Below are positions 9,907 through 19,959 of a DNA stretch of 64,000 nt, in pieces; within the stretch, counting starts at the first letter, position 1, and each line of letters begins with the position of its first letter. Under the pieces are notes generated by a model. That model saw only the letters and a program-made list of their open reading frames with translations. It did no database searches and was not told the origin of the DNA. A program made the position numbers and the translations under genes. Origin of the DNA: Candidatus Babelota bacterium (lineage in GTDB: Bacteria > Babelota > Babeliae > Babelales > Vermiphilaceae); contig JBMOLF010000011.1 in the NCBI GenBank assembly GCA_049325595.1, positions 12,319 to 76,318 of the forward strand. The letters are read 5' to 3'.

Positions 9907-10592
9907 TTTCCTTTTATTCTGTTAAAAGCGGATTGTTTTTTTGACAGATATTCTTCGCCGACTAAACTTATAAACTTTTTTATTTCTTCAACACATGGCT
10001 TAGGTAATTGATAATCTTCATCAATTTCTGCTTTGTTGTGTTTTAACATGCAATTTGACAATGCTAAATCAGCTTCAATTTGTCTTGATATCATCTTACC
10101 TTGACTGTCTCTAGCAGCCTTCTCTCCGTGTGGTCGGTAGTAATGATAGACATCAACAAATGCTCTGCCTATATTTACTCCTGAGCTTGCAATTTGCAAC
10201 ACCATACTAGCATCTCGTGCTTTATCACGCCAGGTAGATTTTTTTGACTCCTGAGGTTGATTTACATCTTTTGTTTCATTGTTTGATGATTCGTTTGTGG
10301 CCTCGGTAACTGTTCTTGATCCCTCAAATTCTTTTAGTTTTGCATTAAGGTCAGCGATTGTTTTCTTTTGTGCTTCAACAGTTCCAGCTACTTCATCATA
10401 TTTTAATGCTTTATTAATGAATGTATAACCTTCACATCCAAGTTCATATCCCTTTACAGTACAGTGCCAAAACATCGCTAATTTATCAAAAACGCCAGAC
10501 TGAGGAACAGCTGTGCTAGCGGGTGATGGATTATTTCCTAATAAATTGTTACCAAAAACAAATAATGATAATAAAACTATATTGATCTTCAT
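9903..10592 (-). CDS. Hypothetical secreted protein with C-terminal two-Cys domain
   Basis: Signal peptide, coiled coil, C..(L/I)P..C.E domain shared with neighbour. Confidence 0.75.
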   Translation of the reverse strand: MKINIVLLSLFVFGNNLLGNNPSPASTAVPQSGVFDKLAMFWHCTVKGYELGCEGYTFINKALKYDEVAGTVEAQKKTIADLNAKLKEFEGSRTVTEATNESSNNETKDVNQPQESKKSTWRDKARDASMVLQIASSGVNIGRAFVDVYHYYRPHGEKAARDSQGKMISRQIEADLALSNCMLKHNKAEIDEDYQLPKPCVEEIKKFISLVGEEYLSKKQSAFNRIKGK

Positions 10593-10612
10593 TTTTACTT
10601 ACCGTTTTTTTG

Positions 10613-11068
10613 TTACGAATTAGTTAATTGATTAATTTCTCTAGCGCAATCATCCCACTTAATTAAAAGTAGATATAGTAGGTTTATCGCATAAGCGGTT
10701 CTAATATAATGATATTTAAGAAGTGATGCTTGAAGTTTGCTTAAATTTAATGTCTCGTGATCAAAATTCATCGAATAAAAAGTTTCTGATACCTGCCCAC
10801 GAAACTTAAGCCATAAGTCTTCTAATGCTTTGTCTAATAAGTCTTTCAAATTATCAACATTGGACTTATTGGCATTTTGGGATACTATGTCATCCCTATA
10901 AGCTTCATATTCATTCCTAAGAGAAAAAATAATCTTTTGTTGCTGATTTATTTTTTCACCGAGCTCATAAAGCTCTTCTTGTTTTTTAATGATTTGATCA
11001 GATACTGAATTATCTGCATGCATCATTGACACAGTTATCAATGAGCAGAATAAGAAATATCTTTTCAT
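10613..11068 (-). CDS. Hypothetical secreted coiled-coil protein
   Basis: Signal peptide ending MHA-D; helical heptads. Confidence 0.7.
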   Translation of the reverse strand: MKRYFLFCSLITVSMMHADNSVSDQIIKKQEELYELGEKINQQQKIIFSLRNEYEAYRDDIVSQNANKSNVDNLKDLLDKALEDLWLKFRGQVSETFYSMNFDHETLNLSKLQASLLKYHYIRTAYAINLLYLLLIKWDDCAREINQLTNS

Positions 11069-11184
11069 AGAAAGATTCCCCTTGTTGTAAAAGATATATG
11101 ATTAATAATGTACTGCGTGATGCAGAATTATAAAAAAAAATTAAAATAATGTCTATTATGATGCATAAATATTTTAGGAAGCTT

Positions 11185-11522
11185 ATGAATCATAAAAAGA
11201 AGATTTCAGCTAGAACGAAAAACATTATGATTCCTGGGGCTCCAAAGGAATATAGCGCCTTGCAAGTGAAAGAAATAAGAGCTAGAAACAACTGTTCTCA
11301 AAAGTTTTTGCACAAATATTGAATGTTAATTTAAATACCTTACGATCATGGGAACTTGGTCGAAGAAAACCAACCAGTTCAGCAATGAGACTTTTAGAGC
11401 TAATTGATAATAACCTCTATCTATCTTTAAAACCACCAGTAAAGAATACGGTTCAAAAGCCATTCATTATTCTGGATAATCCTATTAATTATACAGATCG
11501 AGAAAATTCTTATTGTGCATAA
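11185..11522 (+). pseudogene. Frameshifted XRE-family HTH protein (HigA/MqsA-like antitoxin type)
   Basis: MNHKK...VKEIRARNNCSQK in one frame, then FAQILNVNLNTLRSWELGRRKP in the -1 frame; shift at CAAAAGTTTTTG (11299-11310). Confidence 0.75.
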
Positions 11523-11534
11523 TACCAGTAGTTT

Positions 11535-12053
11535 TTAGTTTGCATGATCGTTTTTTTCTTTTTCTAAAAATTGTTGCGCAAAATCAATCACCGTTTGATT
11601 AGGAAGTTCTATATTGCTGATTAATATCGGCGGATAGTTAAAAATTTTAGACCAGAAAATGCCCATTTTCCCAGCAATTGATGCTTGCTTTCGTACTAAC
11701 TCCATATCTTTTAAAGTAATCCCCAGTTGCACAAATGGCGACGAACTGCTCCATTGATAATTACTAATACGAGCGATATTGTCCCATGGGATATGGCCAT
11801 AATGCTTAACCCAAATACCAGATGCATCAATAATTGCAGCTGGCTCAGGGTTTTTTATAAGAAAGTACGTATAGGTCGCGGCAACAACAACTAGCAAATC
11901 AAAGAGGACAAAAAAACATTGAATAAACTTACCTAAAAAGTCCCATTGGTTAACAAACAAAATCCAAAAAAAAGACATGCCCCATATCACGGGAAGATAG
12001 TTAAATCGCTCTACTATGGTTTTATCAAAATTGACTATAAGTTTTGGATTCAT
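11535..12053 (-). CDS. Two-TM membrane protein with PH-like C-terminal domain (STM3941-like), paralog 1
   Basis: 2 TM helices then PAAIIDASGIW..YGHIPWDNI. Confidence 0.65.
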   Translation of the reverse strand: MNPKLIVNFDKTIVERFNYLPVIWGMSFFWILFVNQWDFLGKFIQCFFVLFDLLVVVAATYTYFLIKNPEPAAIIDASGIWVKHYGHIPWDNIARISNYQWSSSSPFVQLGITLKDMELVRKQASIAGKMGIFWSKIFNYPPILISNIELPNQTVIDFAQQFLEKEKNDHAN

Positions 12054-12060
12054 AGTTTGG

Positions 12061-12555
12061 TTATTTCTCTAAAAATTGTTGTGCAAAATCAACGATTGTT
12101 TGGCAGGGAAGATCAAGATAGCTCAATCTCACTGGCGCATATCTAAAAATTTTTGCCCATAGAAAATTAATTTTTTCATAAAATCCAGCTTGAGCAAATA
12201 CCGGTGTTTTGTCTTTTAACTCCACTACAATAGTTTCTGTAGGATAACCCATAACTAATGGCATATAAAATTCTGTTATGTTGCTCCATGGGATTGTTCC
12301 ATAACCTCGTGCCCATAATCCATTTTCACTTAAAACTGCGGCTGGCTCATCTGATTTGAAGAGCTTATACATATAAATTACTGATGGGATAGCAAGCGCT
12401 ATAGATAGACCTACTAAGTATTTTAAAATCAATTGCCAACCAGAAGATTTAAGAAAAAAGAAAAATAGTAGCCACATTAAAAATTGTAGAGGAATTAAAC
12501 GCAAGGCCCGTTCAAAAACTTTTTTATTAAATGGTACAACTAATTTTGGTGTCAT
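12061..12555 (-). CDS. STM3941-like membrane protein, paralog 2
   Basis: PAAVLSENGLW..YGTIPWSNI. Confidence 0.65.
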   Translation of the reverse strand: MTPKLVVPFNKKVFERALRLIPLQFLMWLLFFFFLKSSGWQLILKYLVGLSIALAIPSVIYMYKLFKSDEPAAVLSENGLWARGYGTIPWSNITEFYMPLVMGYPTETIVVELKDKTPVFAQAGFYEKINFLWAKIFRYAPVRLSYLDLPCQTIVDFAQQFLEK

Positions 12556-12566
12556 GATTCCACTTA

Positions 12567-13079
12567 TTATTGGTAATTTTTTAAAAGCTGCTGCGCTACA
12601 TTAACTATTACATCACAAGAAACATCTAAACTACTCAAAAAAATTGGTGGACAATCAAAGAGCTTAGAATAAAAAAAGCATGCTTTGCCGGTAAAATTAC
12701 TTTGCGCTGAAATAGACTTGTTATTCTTTAATCTAATGCCAATACTATCAACCGGAATATTAAAAACTTGAAATGTATAAATTTCTTTTATTTTACCCCA
12801 CTCAATAAACCCGTTGTTATGCGTCCAAATACCCTCATTGTACAAGGCCATGGCTGGGGCCTTTGAGTAGTATAATCGATAAACATATAAGGTCGATGGA
12901 AGGGCCAGAATACTATACCAAACAATAAAATGTCGAATATATATCCCTAGATTCCACCATGAGATGTAACAAGACAAAAGAAAAAAAATAAATAAATATC
13001 CAAAAATAATTTTTGGAGCATCTTTTAAATTTTTATTATAATTAACGACTAATTGAGGATTCATATTTGGCATGTTCAT
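12567..13079 (-). CDS. STM3941-like membrane protein, paralog 3
   Basis: PAMALYNEGIW..NGFIEWGKI. Confidence 0.65.
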   Translation of the reverse strand: MNMPNMNPQLVVNYNKNLKDAPKIIFGYLFIFFLLSCYISWWNLGIYIRHFIVWYSILALPSTLYVYRLYYSKAPAMALYNEGIWTHNNGFIEWGKIKEIYTFQVFNIPVDSIGIRLKNNKSISAQSNFTGKACFFYSKLFDCPPIFLSSLDVSCDVIVNVAQQLLKNYQ

Positions 13080-13232
13080 GTTGCCTCACTTTTTATTGAT
13101 TTTAAGAATCAATTTATGGTTATATTAGTCTTAAATCAGATTCTTCGATTCATATATTATTGTCAACTTTTATTGCGCTATGTAACCAAAAATATGCTAA
13201 ACTAAGAAAAACTTTTCCTAAAAGGTTATTGC

Positions 13233-14204
13233 ATGCCAATTCTTTCGGTACATAATTTATCTAAAATATTTATTTCGCGAAAACATTTTTTTACACACAA
13301 AAAACAGTTTCATGCCGTAAAAAAAATCTCTTTTGAGGTACAAGAAGGTGAAATTTTAGGATTACTCGGCACTAATGGTGCGGGAAAAACTACTACTATT
13401 CAAATGCTACTTGGCCTGCTTACTCCCACATCGGGAACCATAACCTATTTTGGCAAAGATTTTGCAGAACATCGCTCAGAAATTTTAGAAAAAGTTACCT
13501 TTGCAAGTACCTATGTAAAATTACCTGGACGATTATCTGTCTGGGAAAATTTAGATGTTTTTGCTCGATTGAATGGCGTGCCAAGCTCAATACGAAAAGA
13601 ACGAATCAATCAATTTTTAAAAACATTTGATATGTGGAATCTACGCGATAAAGAAACGGGCACTTTGTCAGCCGGACAAATGACGCGCGTTATGCTTGCA
13701 AAAGCATTTATTCCACAACCTTCAATAGTTCTTCTTGATGAACCTACGGCATCACTTGATCCAGATATCGCACAAGAAGTACGTCAGTTTGTGTTGCAAC
13801 AAAAACGCGAGCATGGTTTATCAGCATTATTTACTTCACACAACATGGATGAAGTTACTGAAGTATGTGACAGAGTACTTGTAATGAAAGATGGTGTTAT
13901 TGTTGCCAATAACACTCCAGCAGAGCTTGCTGCATCAGTGTCTAATGCCCACGTTCATTTAGTCATAACGGAAGGGCTTGAAGCAGCAGTAGCCTATGCT
14001 CAAAGCCATCAATTACCCCACAAAGTGCATGAGCGCAGTATTGAGTTAGAAATTGACGAGCAAGAAATTGCACAATTTTTAATGTCACTAGCGCAATCAG
14101 GTGTTACCTACTCACAAATTTTTATAGACAAACCAACGTTGGAAGATTTTTTTCTTTCAGTTGTTAAGAAAAAAAATGGCATTCACCATAAGGAATCACT
14201 ATGA
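13233..14204 (+). CDS. ABC-2 type exporter ATP-binding protein
   Basis: GTNGAGKT, LSAGQ, LLDEPT, SHNM, PTLEDFF. Confidence 0.92.
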   Translation: MPILSVHNLSKIFISRKHFFTHKKQFHAVKKISFEVQEGEILGLLGTNGAGKTTTIQMLLGLLTPTSGTITYFGKDFAEHRSEILEKVTFASTYVKLPGRLSVWENLDVFARLNGVPSSIRKERINQFLKTFDMWNLRDKETGTLSAGQMTRVMLAKAFIPQPSIVLLDEPTASLDPDIAQEVRQFVLQQKREHGLSALFTSHNMDEVTEVCDRVLVMKDGVIVANNTPAELAASVSNAHVHLVITEGLEAAVAYAQSHQLPHKVHERSIELEIDEQEIAQFLMSLAQSGVTYSQIFIDKPTLEDFFLSVVKKKNGIHHKESL

Positions 14205-14992
14205 AATGGGCACGCATCTGGGCAATGATTTTACGCCATGCTCTCTTATTATTTAAAGACGCTAATCGTATTATTTGGATTTTGTACTGGCCTTTAGTTG
14301 ATATTGCATTGTGGGGTTTTACCGCTAATTGGGTTAATACTAATCAAACCACTGCTTCAACAGCTGGATTAACATTAATTACGGCCGTTGTTTTTTGGCA
14401 ATTGGTTAATCGCGCTGGATTTGAAGTAAGCAGTAGTTTGCTTGAAGAATTTTGGTCTTTAAATATGGTAAATATTTTTGCTACACCAATCCGTATCGGC
14501 GAATGGATTATTGCAACTATTTTGCTTACTGTCGGCACGTCACTTTTCGTAACGTTCTACTGTATCGGCGCTGTCAAATTAATGTACAGTATTAATATTT
14601 TTAGCATTGGTATCGCTGTCTTACCATACCTTCTTTCACTATTTATTGCTGGGCTTTGGATTAGCTTTGTTTCATCAATTTTTTTAATCTACTTTGGCGC
14701 ACGCGTACAATCACTTGCTTTTATGCTCACCTGGCTGTTTGCACCATTTATAGCAGCCTTTTATCCGCTTGAAATACTGCCAGCTTATGGACGCATTATT
14801 GCTTATTTATTGCCTATGACCTATTCATTTGAGGGCATTCGCCATCTCATTCAAGAAGGTACATTTGTCCCTTCGTTATTCTGGTGGGGATTTGTAATGA
14901 GCCTTGTATATTGTGCTGGCGCTATTTGGGGCTTCAAAGCTGCTTTTGTGCGTAGTAAAGAAAAAGGCCTTGCGCGACTTACTGCTGATTAA
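14201..14992 (+). CDS. ABC-2 type exporter permease
   Basis: About 6 TM helices, FYPLEILP...LPMTY, coupled to the ATPase. Confidence 0.9.
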   Translation: MKWARIWAMILRHALLLFKDANRIIWILYWPLVDIALWGFTANWVNTNQTTASTAGLTLITAVVFWQLVNRAGFEVSSSLLEEFWSLNMVNIFATPIRIGEWIIATILLTVGTSLFVTFYCIGAVKLMYSINIFSIGIAVLPYLLSLFIAGLWISFVSSIFLIYFGARVQSLAFMLTWLFAPFIAAFYPLEILPAYGRIIAYLLPMTYSFEGIRHLIQEGTFVPSLFWWGFVMSLVYCAGAIWGFKAAFVRSKEKGLARLTAD

Positions 14993-15019
14993 CATTAAAA
15001 AACCTAGAAAAACCTAGTC

Positions 15020-15310
15020 ATGAATATAAAATATTTCTTATTTACTTTATGGTGCTTTTCTTTAATTAAGACTGAACAAATCCCAACAGAAAAGCCATTT
15101 ACTGTTCAAGATTTTGAAAAAATTAAAATATCTTGCGATAAGATGCTAGAAGACATCGGTAGATTGTATCGTGTTATATTAAAAACACGAGAAGAACTAA
15201 AAAATAATCCTCATCAACAATTAGGACTTAGAAGTGTAGCTATAAAAATCAATGAAATTGAATTTTTAACGTTATATAATTATTACAAACAAAATTGTTT
15301 GAAAAACTAA
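15020..15310 (+). CDS. Small secreted two-Cys helical protein
   Basis: Signal peptide; SCDKML...YYKQNC. Confidence 0.65.
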   Translation: MNIKYFLFTLWCFSLIKTEQIPTEKPFTVQDFEKIKISCDKMLEDIGRLYRVILKTREELKNNPHQQLGLRSVAIKINEIEFLTLYNYYKQNCLKN

Positions 15311-15433
15311 TCGCGACTGATTTTTATTTTCAATTAGAGAAGCGATCAGCGTTTATTATTTATGTATTTGATTTTTTACCAGCATGCAATAATCTTATTT
15401 TGTAATCACAATTTAAAGTAATAGGATATCTGT

Positions 15434-15721
15434 ATGCTCAAAAAAATAATTTTGGCTCTTGTGCCCTTTGTTAGCATGGCAAGTTATTTACATGCAGAAG
15501 AGCAAACACCAAAAGCACATTGCGTTCAATTATTAAAACTTATGAGCGCTCTTGCACAAGAAATTAAAGAACAATCAAAAGAACCTATTAATGACAATGA
15601 ATTGGCACAGGTCAAAGTGATAAAAGTTGTTGGATTAGAAACGAAAAAAATAGAGCTGCGAAAATTGGCTTTAGAATATATAAAATCTAATTGTTCTGAA
15701 TTACTTAAAACAAATCAATGA
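15434..15721 (+). CDS. Small secreted two-Cys helical protein
   Basis: Signal peptide LHA-EE; HCVQLL...YIKSNC. Confidence 0.7.
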   Translation: MLKKIILALVPFVSMASYLHAEEQTPKAHCVQLLKLMSALAQEIKEQSKEPINDNELAQVKVIKVVGLETKKIELRKLALEYIKSNCSELLKTNQ

Positions 15722-15975
15722 AACACATTTTCTACGTACTCATACTTATTTCTAGCGCACTGCACAGCAATGAAAAAATTATTTTAAATCATCAGGAATA
15801 TTGCTCAACGCTCAAAAATACGCTTAATGATTTTAAGCAACTTTGTATTACAAACAATTGTTTAACACACGATATTGATAAGAACTTTGCTCACCGTGCT
15901 TTATGCATGGGTTACAAACTGGGCACAAAAATAACATGGAAGTTATATCATACTAGCTGCAGCCAGACAGAATAG
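15718..15975 (+). CDS. Small secreted Cys-containing helical protein
   Basis: Signal peptide; YCSTLK...LYHTSC; ATGA overlap. Confidence 0.65.
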   Translation: MKHIFYVLILISSALHSNEKIILNHQEYCSTLKNTLNDFKQLCITNNCLTHDIDKNFAHRALCMGYKLGTKITWKLYHTSCSQTE

Positions 15976-15990
15976 TTATCGGATTTTACT

Positions 15991-16422
15991 ATGAAAAAAA
16001 CATTATTGTTACTATTTTTTACCTTCTCAATAAACGCACAACTCTCTTTCAAACATAATCGTTTAACCGATTGGATTATAAAAGGGATATTAACCAAAAA
16101 TGAAGAAATACAAAAAACCATAGCTGATGCCGTAACTATATGCGGTGAACCAAAAGTTCTTAAAATTATCGACATCGATTCATTGCGAAAAAAAATTGTG
16201 ATATTAGAACAATTGTGCGAACAATTAAAAATCAAAGCCAATCAATGTGATAGTAAAATAGAAGAAAAAGTTGTGTTAGCAAAAAACTATCAACTTAATA
16301 TTTCAAGTTGGGAATCAGCAGAAAAATCACATTGTTGGACAAACTACATTCAATTGGCGTATCACATCGAAACGCTAAAATCTCTGCAACACGCCATTGA
16401 AATCGAATCTTTCAAAAAATAA
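15991..16422 (+). CDS. Hypothetical secreted helical protein
   Basis: Signal peptide INA-Q. Confidence 0.65.
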   Translation: MKKTLLLLFFTFSINAQLSFKHNRLTDWIIKGILTKNEEIQKTIADAVTICGEPKVLKIIDIDSLRKKIVILEQLCEQLKIKANQCDSKIEEKVVLAKNYQLNISSWESAEKSHCWTNYIQLAYHIETLKSLQHAIEIESFKK

Positions 16423-16998
16423 TTACTTTATTAATTTCTCAAAGTGCACAAAGCCTTCATCATCACGATTTATTTCAGCAAATCCTGCACGCTTGTATAC
16501 TTTTTGCGCGCGTAGGTTACTTTGTCTAGTAAGCAAAACCACTTTTGTAGCTCCACGAGTTTTAAGATCTTCTACAGCACTTTCTAATAACTTTTCTGCA
16601 TACCCTTTACCGCGGAACATTTCTCGCACGGCTAGGAATAAAATTCTACCTTCGTACCAGTTTTCCATATAATACGCGACAAAACCAACCAGCTGGTTAT
16701 TTTCACGCAATACTTTGGTGTTAAGCAATCCCGCAAAACGGGGGTCAAGGCCAGCATTTTTACCTTTGAACATATAATTTACATAATCAGGTTCATAGGT
16801 AGGAAAAGAGGCTATAAGCCAATACCAATTTTCTTTAAAAATTTGGTGTATCTCTTTATTGTCACGCGCATCGTCGTAAAAACTGATTAATTGATCTTGC
16901 TTTTGTGTTAACGGCACATAGTTATACAGAACACCAAGCCCCAAAGCGATTATAACTGCGAGGGCGCCAATTTTAAACCATTTTGAATTTTGTTTCAC
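16423..16998 (-). CDS. Membrane-anchored GNAT acetyltransferase
   Basis: LAVREMFRGKGYA motif A, SNLRAQKVYKRAGF motif B, N-terminal TM helix. Confidence 0.88.
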   Translation of the reverse strand: MKQNSKWFKIGALAVIIALGLGVLYNYVPLTQKQDQLISFYDDARDNKEIHQIFKENWYWLIASFPTYEPDYVNYMFKGKNAGLDPRFAGLLNTKVLRENNQLVGFVAYYMENWYEGRILFLAVREMFRGKGYAEKLLESAVEDLKTRGATKVVLLTRQSNLRAQKVYKRAGFAEINRDDEGFVHFEKLIK

Positions 16999-17744
16999 TG
17001 ATGTTCCTTATCATAAAGAATTTTATAGAGCATTAATCCTTGTGCCGGTGCATTAGGCAATGTTTGCAAAGGGTTTTTTTCTGCTAATACCTCTTGTAAA
17101 TAGTGTACTGCAAGTTGCGGTGTAGCAGCAACTTCTAGAGCAGCACCAACAATTCTGCGAATCATATGATGTAAAAAACCAGGGCCCTTCACTACAATAC
17201 GATATGCCTTAAAGCGACGTAAATATTCAAGATGAATTGAATCTACACGCCGCACGGTGTCATCCTTTTCACCAGTACAAAATGAACGAAAATCATGCGT
17301 GCCAACAAACACCTGCAAAGCTTTTTCTAATTTCTCAAAATCAATCGGATACCGATAAAACCATCCATAGCGCGCAAAAAAAGGTAGCGGTTGTGCGATA
17401 AAAAAATGATAATAATAAATTTTTTGCCGCACATTGTGCCGCGGATTAAAACTATCAACCTCTTCAAGAGAGCGAATCATAATATCAGCTGGTAGCTTAC
17501 CGCGCAGTCCCTGCAACAATTTTGATGGTGTAATTATTAAGTCCGAACTAAATGTGGCAATTTGTCCAGCAGCATGAACACCTGCATCGGTACGCGATGC
17601 ACCCAAGAGTTTAATTTCTCGATCAAAAACTTGTTTAAAGGTATCTTGAATAGTTCCTGCAACGGTTACTTTGTCTGGTTGTACCTGCCAGCCATGATAA
17701 TTAGTACCGTCATAGGCAACAATGAGTTTATATTGTTTAATCAT
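16995..17744 (-). CDS. truA: tRNA pseudouridine(38-40) synthase
   Basis: YDGTNYHGWQ, SRTDAGVHA, GTHDFRSF, FLHHMIR, APAQGL. Confidence 0.97.
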   Translation of the reverse strand: MIKQYKLIVAYDGTNYHGWQVQPDKVTVAGTIQDTFKQVFDREIKLLGASRTDAGVHAAGQIATFSSDLIITPSKLLQGLRGKLPADIMIRSLEEVDSFNPRHNVRQKIYYYHFFIAQPLPFFARYGWFYRYPIDFEKLEKALQVFVGTHDFRSFCTGEKDDTVRRVDSIHLEYLRRFKAYRIVVKGPGFLHHMIRRIVGAALEVAATPQLAVHYLQEVLAEKNPLQTLPNAPAQGLMLYKILYDKEHQ

Positions 17745-18456
17745 GTTCTATTGTCAAAATGTCATGAATAACTTTTAAGTTTTCAATGTTTAATGGGGTA
17801 GGAACCACATTCTCCCCACCATGATTATAAAAAGCAACTAATGCATCTTTTACTTTCTTGAAGTCATTCCGTGTTAATTTTTTTGTAACATCAATTTGCT
17901 CAAAATTTTCTATGTTTTGAGTAACAGGGTCAACACACACAGCTGTATTTATACCTTTAAAATAAGCAAATAATTGAATACCCAAAGAATTTTTTGGCTG
18001 CGTATTTTCCCAATCTAAATCGGACTCTGTATAAGGAATATGAACAACTTGTTTATCTGTGTTTAGACATAAAAAATTATATAGATCTTTTAGTCTATCT
18101 AAGTTCAAGTAACAATATTTTTTGTAGTCTTCAATTGACGTATGTCTCATAGTAAAAGCACCATGAGGAGAAATTGCAATGCCTTCTTTTTCCCTAACTG
18201 TCGCTACATGTCTTGTAATACGGCTATAAAAAAATGCTCCAAGCAAATCAGCTCCTCTTTCGCGTTCTGCAAAAGATTTACATTGAGGTAGCAAAACTTT
18301 TATTTTTTTCTTTTTTACTGAAATTTTACCAGTATATAAATGATTTTCTTTTTCTTTCGCAGGAGCATTTAAAATTATATTAAAAAAATCTGACTCAATT
18401 TCAGAAGCGATTAACCAATTACTTATAAGTAAAATAACAAAAATTTTTTTTAACAC
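17737..18456 (-). CDS. Hypothetical secreted protein, family A member
   Basis: Signal peptide; shared N- and C-terminal motifs with 18468, 19282 and 20307 genes. Confidence 0.7.
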   Translation of the reverse strand: MLKKIFVILLISNWLIASEIESDFFNIILNAPAKEKENHLYTGKISVKKKKIKVLLPQCKSFAERERGADLLGAFFYSRITRHVATVREKEGIAISPHGAFTMRHTSIEDYKKYCYLNLDRLKDLYNFLCLNTDKQVVHIPYTESDLDWENTQPKNSLGIQLFAYFKGINTAVCVDPVTQNIENFEQIDVTKKLTRNDFKKVKDALVAFYNHGGENVVPTPLNIENLKVIHDILTIEHD

Positions 18457-18467
18457 TGTGTATCCCT

Positions 18468-19205
18468 TTATTGTACTATTTTTTGAATTAACTTTAGCAA
18501 TGATAAATCAAGTGGCCGTGGTTGTAAAAATTTTGATAAATCATAGGGATTAATACCATAATTATATAAATACACAAAGTGATTGTACAAACCTTCAAAT
18601 TGTTTTTTAGCTAATGGTTTTTGTATGTGTATGTTATCAATTACTTTAGTATCGCAGGCAAGGACTAAATCTTGGCCAGGAACATAAAAATAATAACTCA
18701 ATAAGGCGTTATTCCCTTCACGTAATTTATTTAAGCCTAGTTTAGTTACCACCATTTCTTTATTTGATGAACTTGCATTAGCTGCATGCGTATTGTATTT
18801 TTCTGAAAGCTTAATAAAAGCATTGAGCGCTGTTAAATTAAAGCAGGGAAGTTCTTCAACAGTTTGTTCTTTGCCTTCTTCATTGTACCATTGAACTGTA
18901 TTATCAGCATTTATCCGCAAACGCCCTTCTCCCCTTCCTTGAATATGCAGCTTGTAAATACGCTTGAATAATACATCTGAAAAAAATTTAACATACAGCG
19001 ATCTCTGCTTAGTATCATCGATTAATGGACAGGCTATCTTTCTGAACTTTCCATAAATTGGAATTTCTGCTGTATGTTTCTGAGCCAAATCTTCAGCATC
19101 ATAGGCAATCAAAGTAATGGTGCTACTTGGTATTGGCTCTTGCGCAATACTATTTTTTATAAATAAAGAGGTACTAACCAACAAAGCCCTAATAAATATA
19201 TTCAT
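18468..19205 (-). CDS. Hypothetical secreted protein, family A member
   Basis: Likely start MNIFIR at 19205; IPIYGKFRKIACP motif. Confidence 0.7.
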   Translation of the reverse strand: MNIFIRALLVSTSLFIKNSIAQEPIPSSTITLIAYDAEDLAQKHTAEIPIYGKFRKIACPLIDDTKQRSLYVKFFSDVLFKRIYKLHIQGRGEGRLRINADNTVQWYNEEGKEQTVEELPCFNLTALNAFIKLSEKYNTHAANASSSNKEMVVTKLGLNKLREGNNALLSYYFYVPGQDLVLACDTKVIDNIHIQKPLAKKQFEGLYNHFVYLYNYGINPYDLSKFLQPRPLDLSLLKLIQKIVQ

Positions 19206-19281
19206 AGCAACCTTTTTATAAAACATTATATTAATTGGTGCTTATCTTATCATAGCGCACTAAAATTCACCAAAAAACAAA

Positions 19282-19944
19282 CTATTGCAGTTGTGCAATA
19301 TCATGCATGGTATGAAGTGGCAAGGGCTCTATGTCATCATGAATGCCCATAGCATACAGCTCATTTAATCGCGCTTTTATAAAGCCAATATGCAATGCCT
19401 CAATTGGCGCTAATTCAAGATATCGGGTTGCTATTGGAAGCTCGACGTCAAATTCATGAATACAATCTTTTTCTCTATCAGGGGCGTAAAATGTAATAAG
19501 TGTATTTTTAGGTGCTGCAAAAAAATTACTAAACTTATCCAACAAGCTATTTTTTTCTTCTACTGCTCTACCCTTATATTTCACAGAACTTATAATAGAC
19601 TCTCGTGGGAAATAAGCTGCTAAGGTTTTTAACGCAATAATATCAAATGGACTCTTTCTACAACTATTACCTAACAAATCAAATCCTTCCTTTTCTTCCG
19701 ATTGTGGATTTAACAAGCGTCCAAATAATTCTTTTAGCGCATTTACATCACTTTGGTATATCCGAGGCAAAATAATTGCCCTACTTTTGTTAATTATGGG
19801 TATTTCAATTTGAGCTGAATTACGCAATGGATTTTCTTTGTACGGCACGAAAAAGTTTATAACGCAAGAACTCTCAAACGGTTTTTCTAAAGCTTGTGTT
19901 GTAGATAATTGGATAATACAAAATAATACTAATAAGCGCTTCAT
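19282..19944 (-). CDS. Hypothetical secreted protein, family A member
   Basis: IPIINKSRAIILP motif. Confidence 0.7.
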   Translation of the reverse strand: MKRLLVLFCIIQLSTTQALEKPFESSCVINFFVPYKENPLRNSAQIEIPIINKSRAIILPRIYQSDVNALKELFGRLLNPQSEEKEGFDLLGNSCRKSPFDIIALKTLAAYFPRESIISSVKYKGRAVEEKNSLLDKFSNFFAAPKNTLITFYAPDREKDCIHEFDVELPIATRYLELAPIEALHIGFIKARLNELYAMGIHDDIEPLPLHTMHDIAQLQ

Positions 19945-19959
19945 ACTACTCTCTTAAAT

